From: an uncultured Candidatus Poseidoniales archaeon
GTDB taxonomy: Archaea > Thermoplasmatota > Poseidoniia > Poseidoniales > Poseidoniaceae
Assembly: GCA_964637985.1 (NCBI GenBank)
Contig: CAZWXR010000001.1
Span: 1 to 62,499, forward strand
DNA length: 62,499 nt
Reading direction: 5' to 3'
Part shown: positions 9,109 through 17,406 of the stretch, piece after piece
Position numbering within the stretch: position 1 is the stretch's first letter
Layout: each line of letters starts with the position of its first letter
The notes under the pieces: model-generated
Told to the model about the DNA's origin: nothing
The model's database searches: none
The model's input: the letters and a program-made list of their open reading frames with translations, nothing else
Translations under genes and position numbers: made by a program

Positions 9109-10800
9109 ATGCCAACCATTACCGTCCAACAGACACTTCTAAAACAGTTCCTTGAGGCACAAGGCATTCAACTAGAACATCAACAAATCATTGATGAATT
9201 ACCTCTATTGGGCACGGATGTCGACCGCTGCGATGATGATGAATTGGTTGTTGAAATTTTTCCTGACCGCCCGGATTTGCTCTCGGGTGAAACCCTATCC
9301 TATGCTCTCGGTCCATTTTTATGCAACAAGCAAGCAAATCCGTCTCTCGATATACGAGAGTCTGATGTGTCGATGACCGCTGACCCTTCGCTTGAACATG
9401 TGCGGCCACTGGTTTACGGTGCGATCGTTCGAGATGTACATGTCGACGAATCACAAGCCGACGATTTCATCAAACTCTTGATGGACCATCAAGAAAAATT
9501 GCATTTTGCCATCGGAAGAGGTCGTCGAAGAGCATCCATTGGCGTTCATGATTACGACACACTCAAGCCCCCCTTCCACGTGACAACCGTGAACAGAGAC
9601 TACAAATTTACGCCACTCGGACACGATCAAGATATGACTATTGAGCAAATTCTCGACACACATCCAAAGGGTATTGAATATGCTCATTTACTAAAAGACA
9701 ACGAAATGGTTCCAATTATACTTGATGATGGGAACAGGGTTCTTTCGTTTCCACCTGTCATCAACGGCAGCCATACAACCGTGACAAAAAACACGAAGAA
9801 TTTCTTCATTGATGTCACTGGTTGGGATGCAAAAGCATGTGAATGCTCGGTGTTGCTCATAGCGTTGCAACTACAGGCGTGGGGTGGCACAATCGAAAGC
9901 ATTCGATTGACGGATATTAGTGGCAATGAGAGGATGTTTCCAATACACACACCCGAACGTCATACAATCAAACGCACATTGGTTCAATCCTTCCTCGGCC
10001 GAGACTTTACAGATGATGAATTATCTTTCGCCCTCAACCGAATGGGTGGCAGATACATTGCTTCGGACAAAGACGATTCAATTGTTGTCGATATGCCGCG
10101 ATGGAGGTATGACTTACTCCATCCAGTGGATATTGTTGAGGACATTGCCATTGGCCATGGCTATGAAGACTTAGGCGTCCAACAACCCACAATAGCGATG
10201 ACCGGAGAGCCACGAAAAGATGCACATCTCCGAAGAAGAATCCGTAATTCAATGCAAGGGATGGGCTTCATGCAAGTGCAATCATTGACCCTGTCAAACG
10301 AAGATGACCAATTCATGAAAATGCGTTGGCAGCAGACTCACGATGTCACATCGATCGCCAACCCTATCACCACTGAACATACAATGCTCAGGCAATTTAT
10401 CCTTCCCAGTTTGATGAAACTTCTATCATCAAACAAGCATCACGACTTGCCTCAGCAAGTCTATGAACTTGGAACCGTTGTACGAAACCACAAAAATTCC
10501 ACGAGGTTATCTTTCCTTTCCGCTGAAAGGAGCGGCGGATTTGCTTCGTTACGTGGAAGAATTCAAGCCTTCTGTAGGGACCTCGGTATTACAGAATGGC
10601 ATCTTGAACCTCTCGAAGCAGGCGATGGTCCTTTTCTTGCTGGACGAAGTGCAAAGTTGTTGGTCCGAGGGACATGGGTCGGTTGTGTTGGTGAACTTGA
10701 CCCACAAGTTTCGATGTCTTTTGATTTGAGAGTCCCAATTTCAGGGGCTGATATCGATATCGATGAACTTGAATCACTCATTGAAGACCCCGTTGGATGA
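9109..10800 (+). CDS. pheT: phenylalanine--tRNA ligase beta subunit, archaeal type
   Basis: MPTITV... N-terminus typical of archaeal PheT, with B3/4 and B5-like regions, about 560 aa. The ATG at 9109 lies 4 nt after the upstream stop, whereas the 9070 start would overlap the preceding gene. Confidence 0.9.
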   Translation: MPTITVQQTLLKQFLEAQGIQLEHQQIIDELPLLGTDVDRCDDDELVVEIFPDRPDLLSGETLSYALGPFLCNKQANPSLDIRESDVSMTADPSLEHVRPLVYGAIVRDVHVDESQADDFIKLLMDHQEKLHFAIGRGRRRASIGVHDYDTLKPPFHVTTVNRDYKFTPLGHDQDMTIEQILDTHPKGIEYAHLLKDNEMVPIILDDGNRVLSFPPVINGSHTTVTKNTKNFFIDVTGWDAKACECSVLLIALQLQAWGGTIESIRLTDISGNERMFPIHTPERHTIKRTLVQSFLGRDFTDDELSFALNRMGGRYIASDKDDSIVVDMPRWRYDLLHPVDIVEDIAIGHGYEDLGVQQPTIAMTGEPRKDAHLRRRIRNSMQGMGFMQVQSLTLSNEDDQFMKMRWQQTHDVTSIANPITTEHTMLRQFILPSLMKLLSSNKHHDLPQQVYELGTVVRNHKNSTRLSFLSAERSGGFASLRGRIQAFCRDLGITEWHLEPLEAGDGPFLAGRSAKLLVRGTWVGCVGELDPQVSMSFDLRVPISGADIDIDELESLIEDPVG

Positions 10801-10806
10801 TTGAGA

Positions 10807-11478
10807 ATGTGCGGGCGTTTTGCACTGGCAAATCAATTAAGCAGTCTTGCAGATATAATCGAGGACCAACCCTCGACAGAATTCATTGATTCCATTGAAC
10901 CATCATGGAACATCGCTCCCAAGCAAAATGTTCCAACAGTGATGTTTGATTCAACTTCAAATCAAGTCACCATTGGCCTTGCTTCGTGGGGTTTTCGACC
11001 TTCATGGTCCAGTCCATCAAAAATTGAACCGATCAATGCTCAAATAGAAACCGCAGCATCAAAACCAATGTTTCGACAAGCCTGGGCAACCAAACGTTGT
11101 GCCGTTCCATTCGATGGGTGGTATGAATGGAAATCGACACCTCTAGGGAAACAGCCATTCTTTCTTCATGTTCAATCAAAAGAACCAGTGTACTTTGCAG
11201 GTCTTTGGGATACCTGGCATGGCGAAACGCAAAACGATGTGATCACATCAACCGTAATTTTGACAACCGAAGCTGTTCTATCTTTACAGGGTATTCATCA
11301 CAGAATGCCTGTCTTGATAAGCAAATCTCACCTTGATTCATGGCTCAAGTTTGGACAGGTTGAGCGTGATGATTCCATCGCCTTCAAATTTCATGCAGTA
11401 TCAAAAAAAGTGAATTCGGTACAAAACAATGGACTTGACCTCGTTGAGCGAATTGCAAGTTTAACAGATTACTGGTAA
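10807..11478 (+). CDS. SRAP-domain (YedK/HMCES-like) abasic-site processing protein
   Basis: Begins MCGRFAL, with the catalytic Cys2 directly after Met. Also has WNIAPKQ, INAQIETAASKPMFRQAW, CAVPFDGWYEW and GIHHRMPVLI. The track start at 10801 is TTG and the ATG is at 10807. Confidence 0.9.
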   Translation: MCGRFALANQLSSLADIIEDQPSTEFIDSIEPSWNIAPKQNVPTVMFDSTSNQVTIGLASWGFRPSWSSPSKIEPINAQIETAASKPMFRQAWATKRCAVPFDGWYEWKSTPLGKQPFFLHVQSKEPVYFAGLWDTWHGETQNDVITSTVILTTEAVLSLQGIHHRMPVLISKSHLDSWLKFGQVERDDSIAFKFHAVSKKVNSVQNNGLDLVERIASLTDYW

Positions 11479-11903
11479 GGTTTGTAGGAACCATCGGGAT
11501 TTTTCACATATGGTGTCGATTCATAGCCACCGCCTACTTTTTCTTTGTAGTGATAACCATCGGTGTGGTGCAGATATTTTGCTTCAATTTGGGGTGGAGG
11601 AGTCGGTTCGGGTTCGGGGGAGGCTTCGGGTACAACAATGTCAACCTGTTCTGGTTCGGCCGGCTTTCCCATGGCATTGACAACACCCTCGTAATGATCG
11701 CTTTGGTTTTCGGAGGCGACAACTTCGGTCGTACCACCACCAAAAAGTGCGAGGGCATCTTTGTATGCTTGGTCATCCACTCGATGCTGTGAATCTCGTG
11801 CAAACGGGTCTTCTCCTTTGCTGTACACGACCTTCTGAGGTTGTTCTTCAGGTAGTCGGTCAATAGTTTCCTTGGACTTCTTGAACGGCCAAATTGGTGC
11901 CAT
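11469..11903 (-). CDS. hypothetical soluble protein, Pro/Glu-rich centre and Tyr/Gly-rich C-terminus
   Basis: This ORF fills the gap between the SRAP gene and the 835-aa gene. ATG at 11903 with GGAG just upstream. No TM segment. Contains PEASPEPEPTPPPQ followed by DGYHYKEKVGGGYESTPYVKNPDGSYKPYQ. Confidence 0.5.
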   Translation of the reverse strand: MAPIWPFKKSKETIDRLPEEQPQKVVYSKGEDPFARDSQHRVDDQAYKDALALFGGGTTEVVASENQSDHYEGVVNAMGKPAEPEQVDIVVPEASPEPEPTPPPQIEAKYLHHTDGYHYKEKVGGGYESTPYVKNPDGSYKPYQ

Positions 11904-11945
11904 GCTCCTTTGGAGAGATAAGGATTACATCAAATCTCCCCAAGC

Positions 11946-14453
11946 ATGCGAACATCCATAGGCATGGTTCAAAATCTAAATGTTTGTCGCAAACTCATGC
12001 GGTGTAGAATTATTTTTGTTTTCATCGCCATTCTATCCTGCACAATTCCAATCCAAAACAATGTATTTGTCGAAGGTGAAAGCATTGATTTTTCATTACT
12101 GGGCCCGAATTCAATGGTCATGCATCAGGACGAGGAAAAATACAGTTATGTCACGATTCACAACACTCGTGATGAATTTCAAAACTTTACAATCGAGTTG
12201 TATTCGATAGATGAACCGCTTGAAGTCGTCAATCTGCCCTTATCAGAAGTCCTTGTCAACAACCATCTTAGACAATTTCAAATCGGATTCTATGCACCTG
12301 CCAATGCTTCATTTGGCATGTACAGTGCCGTTCTTCAAATTTCAAGCAGCATATCATCTGTTACACCTCAACTCTTCCATCTCAACATCACAGTATCGCC
12401 GTATTCAAATCTTGAATTTTGGGCAGGTGATGAATCAGATTTATTGGTCGAAGGTGGCACTCGAACCAGTGTGGCAGTGAATATTACCAACAATGCATCC
12501 CTCCAAGATGTAGTATCATTCGACCTTGGTGCAAATGCTAATTGGGAATGGGGATGGGTGATGTCAACTGTCGAAAACAGTTCGGCACGAATAACAATGG
12601 AACCCGGAACATTGCATTATGTGTATTTTTGGATTGATGTCCCCATGGTCGTGGATGCAATGCCTCTTTCAGGAACAGGGCCAAAATTCACGCTAACTGC
12701 AACTTCAAGTTTAGATATGGAAACGACAACATGGAACTTGAATTTGAAAATGAGTACCTTCCGAAACGTAAGTATCGACCGAAGCGATGAAGATATCATT
12801 CTTGCACCTGGACAAGATGGTCGTTTGAAAATCGATATACGAAACAATGGAAATATTGCGAATAAAATGAACATCACTCTGCAAGCAGTCGATGAAGATG
12901 GAAACGACATTTCGGAAATTCCAGCTTCAGACAGATTCAATGTCGATGGCTGGACGATTGCATTGTTTGGTGGCCTCGAAGATGTGGAGGTTCAACCGAA
13001 CCAAACCAGAGTGTTGGAAATTGGCTTCCAGTCCCCGTATGCTTTCGATGGTGACGTTCATGTTCAATTACAAATTTTCCCAAGCGGGGCAAAAGAAAGA
13101 AAACAAACCATCGATGTGGCAGCAACGATTGAAAGGATAAAAGGTCTTGAAAGCACATATTCTTCAAGTGGTTGTTTGAATATCCTCCCTTCAGAATCCT
13201 GTACGAGCAGTATTTCGATGACCAATCTCGGAAATGCAAGAGACACCTATGTTCTTCGACAATCTGAACCGGATGATATCATCGAGGTTTCTCTACCAAA
13301 TGAATCTCTTACCATCGAGAATGGATTCAGTGATTCATTTGAAAACATTATATTTACCGCAAAAAATGATTCTATTGCATTTGTCCAGGGTGAAATCGAA
13401 ATTGAAATTCTTGACGATGCTTTTGAAATTTCGAATGTGGTCCGGATACCGTACAAAATTGGACCAAAGGTGCTCTGGAATTTTTCCAATGTAACAGAAT
13501 CTATCGATGAGAAAGGGATTATGAGCATCCAAATGAATGTAAGAAATGATGGAAATGCAATCGATGGACTGATGGTCCAACTACGTTCAAGTCATCTTAC
13601 TGAAATGGCCTTTATTCCTCCATTTATTGCTGAAGTTGAGGAGGGTGTTGAAAATCCGCGATCATTTGAAGTCAATGAAATCCCATTGGGATACAATTTC
13701 ACAATCAAGGCATGGGTGCAATTACCTATGGACCAATCCTCGAATGGTACCGTTTACATCAACACATCAATTCGCTCTAAATTTGCTCCAGAAATTGAAT
13801 TTGTCCACATGAGCACAGGAGATTATCTTGGTATACCTTGGCAGCCCGATCCAGAAGAGGAAGACAAATTTTCACTTCCAGAATTTTTCTCAACTTCTCT
13901 CATGTATCTCAAAGCATGGTCAAGCTTCATTGTTACCGTACTGGTCTCTGGCCTCATTATCTACAAGGCAGTACTGGACCGAAATAAGCGAGTTGAAGAA
14001 CAAAAAGCACTTGAAGTTCCAGTTGAAGAAAAGTCCACGGAGACGGATACAGATTGGCTAGCTAAATTCCAACGAAAGGAGGAACAAACAGATGAATCTC
14101 AACAAATTGAAGTTCCAAAAGATGCATTTGAGACAATGTTTCGCATGAGGGCCCAACCCAAGGAGGTGGCTCAACCAATTGACAAGGCCGTCAAGGAACA
14201 ATCAACTTCGGTGTTACAGCAAGGGGAACTTGAACGTAGTAAGCATCAAGCAAACCAGTTACTTGATTCGATTCAACAACAAGGCGTTGCCATGCCACAT
14301 CCTAGCAATAAAGATTTGAATGTCAAGGAATTGAATCAAGACCGAACGCAACGTCATGATAAGCAAAACTTGCTTCAGCCGAGTGGACATTCAAGCGAAT
14401 CTCAAGAAGATGGATCGAAATTGCCCGAAATGATTGACCTCGACGAATTATGA
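11946..14453 (+). CDS. bitopic surface protein (835 aa) with CARDB-like repeats and a long charged cytoplasmic tail
   Basis: Signal/anchor IIFVFIAILSCTIPI. Repeated x-N-x-G-N strands (IRNNGNIANK, MTNLGNARDTY, VRNDGNAIDGL) and many N-x-S/T sequons. TM helix SSFIVTVLVSGLIIY followed by an about 190-aa K/E/Q-rich tail ending IDLDEL. The start could instead be the ATG at 11997. Confidence 0.75.
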   Translation: MRTSIGMVQNLNVCRKLMRCRIIFVFIAILSCTIPIQNNVFVEGESIDFSLLGPNSMVMHQDEEKYSYVTIHNTRDEFQNFTIELYSIDEPLEVVNLPLSEVLVNNHLRQFQIGFYAPANASFGMYSAVLQISSSISSVTPQLFHLNITVSPYSNLEFWAGDESDLLVEGGTRTSVAVNITNNASLQDVVSFDLGANANWEWGWVMSTVENSSARITMEPGTLHYVYFWIDVPMVVDAMPLSGTGPKFTLTATSSLDMETTTWNLNLKMSTFRNVSIDRSDEDIILAPGQDGRLKIDIRNNGNIANKMNITLQAVDEDGNDISEIPASDRFNVDGWTIALFGGLEDVEVQPNQTRVLEIGFQSPYAFDGDVHVQLQIFPSGAKERKQTIDVAATIERIKGLESTYSSSGCLNILPSESCTSSISMTNLGNARDTYVLRQSEPDDIIEVSLPNESLTIENGFSDSFENIIFTAKNDSIAFVQGEIEIEILDDAFEISNVVRIPYKIGPKVLWNFSNVTESIDEKGIMSIQMNVRNDGNAIDGLMVQLRSSHLTEMAFIPPFIAEVEEGVENPRSFEVNEIPLGYNFTIKAWVQLPMDQSSNGTVYINTSIRSKFAPEIEFVHMSTGDYLGIPWQPDPEEEDKFSLPEFFSTSLMYLKAWSSFIVTVLVSGLIIYKAVLDRNKRVEEQKALEVPVEEKSTETDTDWLAKFQRKEEQTDESQQIEVPKDAFETMFRMRAQPKEVAQPIDKAVKEQSTSVLQQGELERSKHQANQLLDSIQQQGVAMPHPSNKDLNVKELNQDRTQRHDKQNLLQPSGHSSESQEDGSKLPEMIDLDEL

Positions 14454-14462
14454 GGTGCTCGT

Positions 14463-15182
14463 ATGTGGTTATGTGGAATCGATGAAGCGGGCAGAGGTCC
14501 GGTTCTAGGGCCACTTGTCATTGCGATATGCTCGATTCCAAGTGTGGATGCTCACATGTTGGAAGAACAGGATGTTGATGATTCAAAGAAACTGTCCTTT
14601 GCACGCAGAAATGAATTAGTTGAATGGTTTAATCGGCAAAAAGAGGAAAGACATTGGCAGAGTTTTGTCATTGTCTGTTCGCCTGAAGAAATTGATTGTG
14701 CAGTGTACGATAAAAAATTAAATCTCCTAGAAGCTAAAAAATTCGCTGAAGCAATTGATAAAGGATTACTCGCAAAACCGTCGTTGATTTTTGCCGATGC
14801 ATGTGATACGAGCACATCTCGATTCACCCAAAGAATCATCCAGCACTCTACAACGTGGAACGAGAAATTGTACTCCTTAACAAGCGAACATAAAGCAGAC
14901 CAAAATCACAGAATTGTCAGCATGGCAAGTATTCTAGCAAAATTCCACAGAGATACGGCAATGTTGGAGTTACAACACAGCATAGATGTTGAAATTGGCT
15001 CCGGCTATCCAAGTGACCCTAAAACTAGATTGGCATTGAAGGAATTAATTCAACCACCTCACCCTCATCAATCTCTTCGTTGGTCATGGAAGACAGTTGA
15101 AACCTACTGGAATGAGCACTATTCAACACCTCTACCGATTCGCAATTCGTATCATTCAACACAACAATCTACGCTCTTTTGA
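14463..15182 (+). CDS. rnhB: ribonuclease HII
   Basis: GIDEAGRGPVLGPLVIA N-terminal catalytic motif and DSKKL; 239 aa. Confidence 0.9.
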   Translation: MWLCGIDEAGRGPVLGPLVIAICSIPSVDAHMLEEQDVDDSKKLSFARRNELVEWFNRQKEERHWQSFVIVCSPEEIDCAVYDKKLNLLEAKKFAEAIDKGLLAKPSLIFADACDTSTSRFTQRIIQHSTTWNEKLYSLTSEHKADQNHRIVSMASILAKFHRDTAMLELQHSIDVEIGSGYPSDPKTRLALKELIQPPHPHQSLRWSWKTVETYWNEHYSTPLPIRNSYHSTQQSTLF

Positions 15183-15236
15183 ATATTGTAAGGAATGGAA
15201 CATTGATGAAGAAGGGCATCTCCGCATAGAACGCTT

Positions 15237-16958
15237 ATGTCTTGGATACCCGACGAGAAGACCAAAAATGAGTTGCGTCATTATGCAATTCAAAACGCAA
15301 TTGAGTATAACGGCAAAGCAAGTGCTAAATCTGTTATTGGAAGGGTGTTGTCATCAAGAGCAGATTTGAGGCCCCACGCTAAAGATATTCAAAACATCAT
15401 CCATGGAGAAGTGGATGCTGCGAACCAACACGCTGCTCAAAACGGTCTTGAGTTTCTCGTTGAAATCTTAGAGAACGAAGCCCCACATTTGTTGGAAACT
15501 CGAGAAAAGAAAGAGAAGAAAGTCGGTTTAACAGAATTGCAAAATGCAAAAAAAGGTAAGGTCGTACTCCGTTTCGCACCAAATCCAAATGGCCCATTAT
15601 CGATTGGCCACTCAAGAGGTCTGGTCATCAACAATGAATATAGAGAAATGTATGATGGGGAACTTATTCTTCGATTTGACGATACAGATACAGCAATCAA
15701 GCCTGCATTACTCGAGGCATATGAACAAATTGTTGAGGAAGCAACGTGGTTAACTGGCAAAAAACCAGACCGTATCATCATAGCGAGCGATCGTATTGAG
15801 ACGTATTATCAATATGCAGAACAAATGATTCGTGAAGATTTTGGTTATGTTTGTCAATGCTCAGGAGAGGCGTTTAAGGAATTCCGAGTGAACAAGATTG
15901 AATGCCCTTGTCGCTCTAATTCATCCGAAATGAATCTTGAACTTTGGGGGATGATGTTGAATGGAAGATTTAAGCCCGGAGATGTTGTTGTTCGTGTCAA
16001 AACAAATATGCAACTAAAAAATCCAGCACTAAGAGACTGGCCGGCATTACGACTGCAAGATACGACAGCACACCCTCATCCAAGACCAGAAATAGGCTCC
16101 AAGTATGTTGTATGGCCACTCTTAGATTTCCAAAGTGCTGTTGAGGACCATCTTCAAGGAGTCACCCATATCATTCGAGGAAAAGACCTGATGGATTCAA
16201 CTCGAAAACAAATCTTGCTTTACGAGCATTTTGGGTGGGTATATCCTGAAACCATGTACTGGGGAAGGGTGAAAATACACGAATGGGGAGGATTTTCAAC
16301 ATCATCAATCCGAAAATCAATCGAGAGTGGCACTTATTCATCATGGGATGATGTTCGTTTGCCGACATTATCAGGAATAAAAAACAGAGGAATTACAGCA
16401 GAAGCAATTCGTTCGTTTTGGCTTGAATTGGGTATCTCTCAAAAGGACATATCAGTTCCCCTATCCACACTGTTCGCACACAACACCAAAGCCGTTGACT
16501 CGAATGCACCAAGATTAGCATTCATTCGGAATCCAAAGAAATTTGAATTTGATTCAATATTTGAGCCTCTTGTTCTGCAAAATCATCCGAACAATATCGA
16601 ACTTGGTAGCAAGACTTGGGCGTGCGATAGTAAAATCATCTATCTCGAAGCAGAGGATGTTGAACATTCAGAGAGGTTGAGATTGAAAGAATGTGCTGAC
16701 ATCGAGGTGGAAGATGACAAACTGAGATTTCTTTCAATTGAACGTGGTGAAGAAAAATTACCGATTGTTCATTGGCTACCTTCAGATATGAGTCAAATTG
16801 GAGAACTTAAATTCACAAAAGATGATGAAATTTTCACGATTCAAGGTCGGGTGGAGCAACATCACCTACCCCCTGGAACGATTGTTCAATTAGAACGAAT
16901 TGGGTACGCAAAGGTCGTGAATGACACAACCTTGTTTTTATCGTATGAAAATTCTTGA
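15237..16958 (+). CDS. gltX: glutamate--tRNA ligase, archaeal type
   Basis: Class I HIGH region FAPNPNGPLSIGHSRG, THIIRGKD, and a 573 aa archaeal/eukaryal-type length. Confidence 0.95.
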   Translation: MSWIPDEKTKNELRHYAIQNAIEYNGKASAKSVIGRVLSSRADLRPHAKDIQNIIHGEVDAANQHAAQNGLEFLVEILENEAPHLLETREKKEKKVGLTELQNAKKGKVVLRFAPNPNGPLSIGHSRGLVINNEYREMYDGELILRFDDTDTAIKPALLEAYEQIVEEATWLTGKKPDRIIIASDRIETYYQYAEQMIREDFGYVCQCSGEAFKEFRVNKIECPCRSNSSEMNLELWGMMLNGRFKPGDVVVRVKTNMQLKNPALRDWPALRLQDTTAHPHPRPEIGSKYVVWPLLDFQSAVEDHLQGVTHIIRGKDLMDSTRKQILLYEHFGWVYPETMYWGRVKIHEWGGFSTSSIRKSIESGTYSSWDDVRLPTLSGIKNRGITAEAIRSFWLELGISQKDISVPLSTLFAHNTKAVDSNAPRLAFIRNPKKFEFDSIFEPLVLQNHPNNIELGSKTWACDSKIIYLEAEDVEHSERLRLKECADIEVEDDKLRFLSIERGEEKLPIVHWLPSDMSQIGELKFTKDDEIFTIQGRVEQHHLPPGTIVQLERIGYAKVVNDTTLFLSYENS

Positions 16959-16995
16959 AATGAAACCTCATTAACAACAAAGGGTTTCGCACATC

Positions 16996-17406
16996 ATGGC
17001 AAAGACAGTGGGTGACCTGAAACTCGATGATGAACATTCAACAATTGGATTGGATGATACGCTCCAAGAAGGGGCAAAGAGGCTTATCACAGTTCAAAAT
17101 GGCATCCTTGTGGTGCTCGATGATGACCAACAGGTGAAAGGAGTCTTAGGAACAAAACAATTTCTGAAAGCATTCGCTGATGGAAAAGATTCCAAAAATG
17201 AGCATTGCAAAGACCACATGGAAATGGACTTTCTTTTGGTTCATATTTCTGAAAAACTTGACGCAGTCCTTGAAAAAATAAAAAATCGACAGCCACAAGC
17301 CGTCGTAGCAGTTGATGATGCCGATACATTTGTGGGTTACTTCTCTCCGAATGATTATCAAGAGGCCCAAAATTTAGTATCAAATTTGAAAAATTTGAAA
17401 TTGTAA
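16996..17406 (+). CDS. CBS-domain pair protein
   Basis: Two CBS-like units (ILVVLDDDQQVKGVLGTKQFLKAF and AVVAVDDADTFVGYFSPNDY); 136 aa. Confidence 0.8.
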   Translation: MAKTVGDLKLDDEHSTIGLDDTLQEGAKRLITVQNGILVVLDDDQQVKGVLGTKQFLKAFADGKDSKNEHCKDHMEMDFLLVHISEKLDAVLEKIKNRQPQAVVAVDDADTFVGYFSPNDYQEAQNLVSNLKNLKL

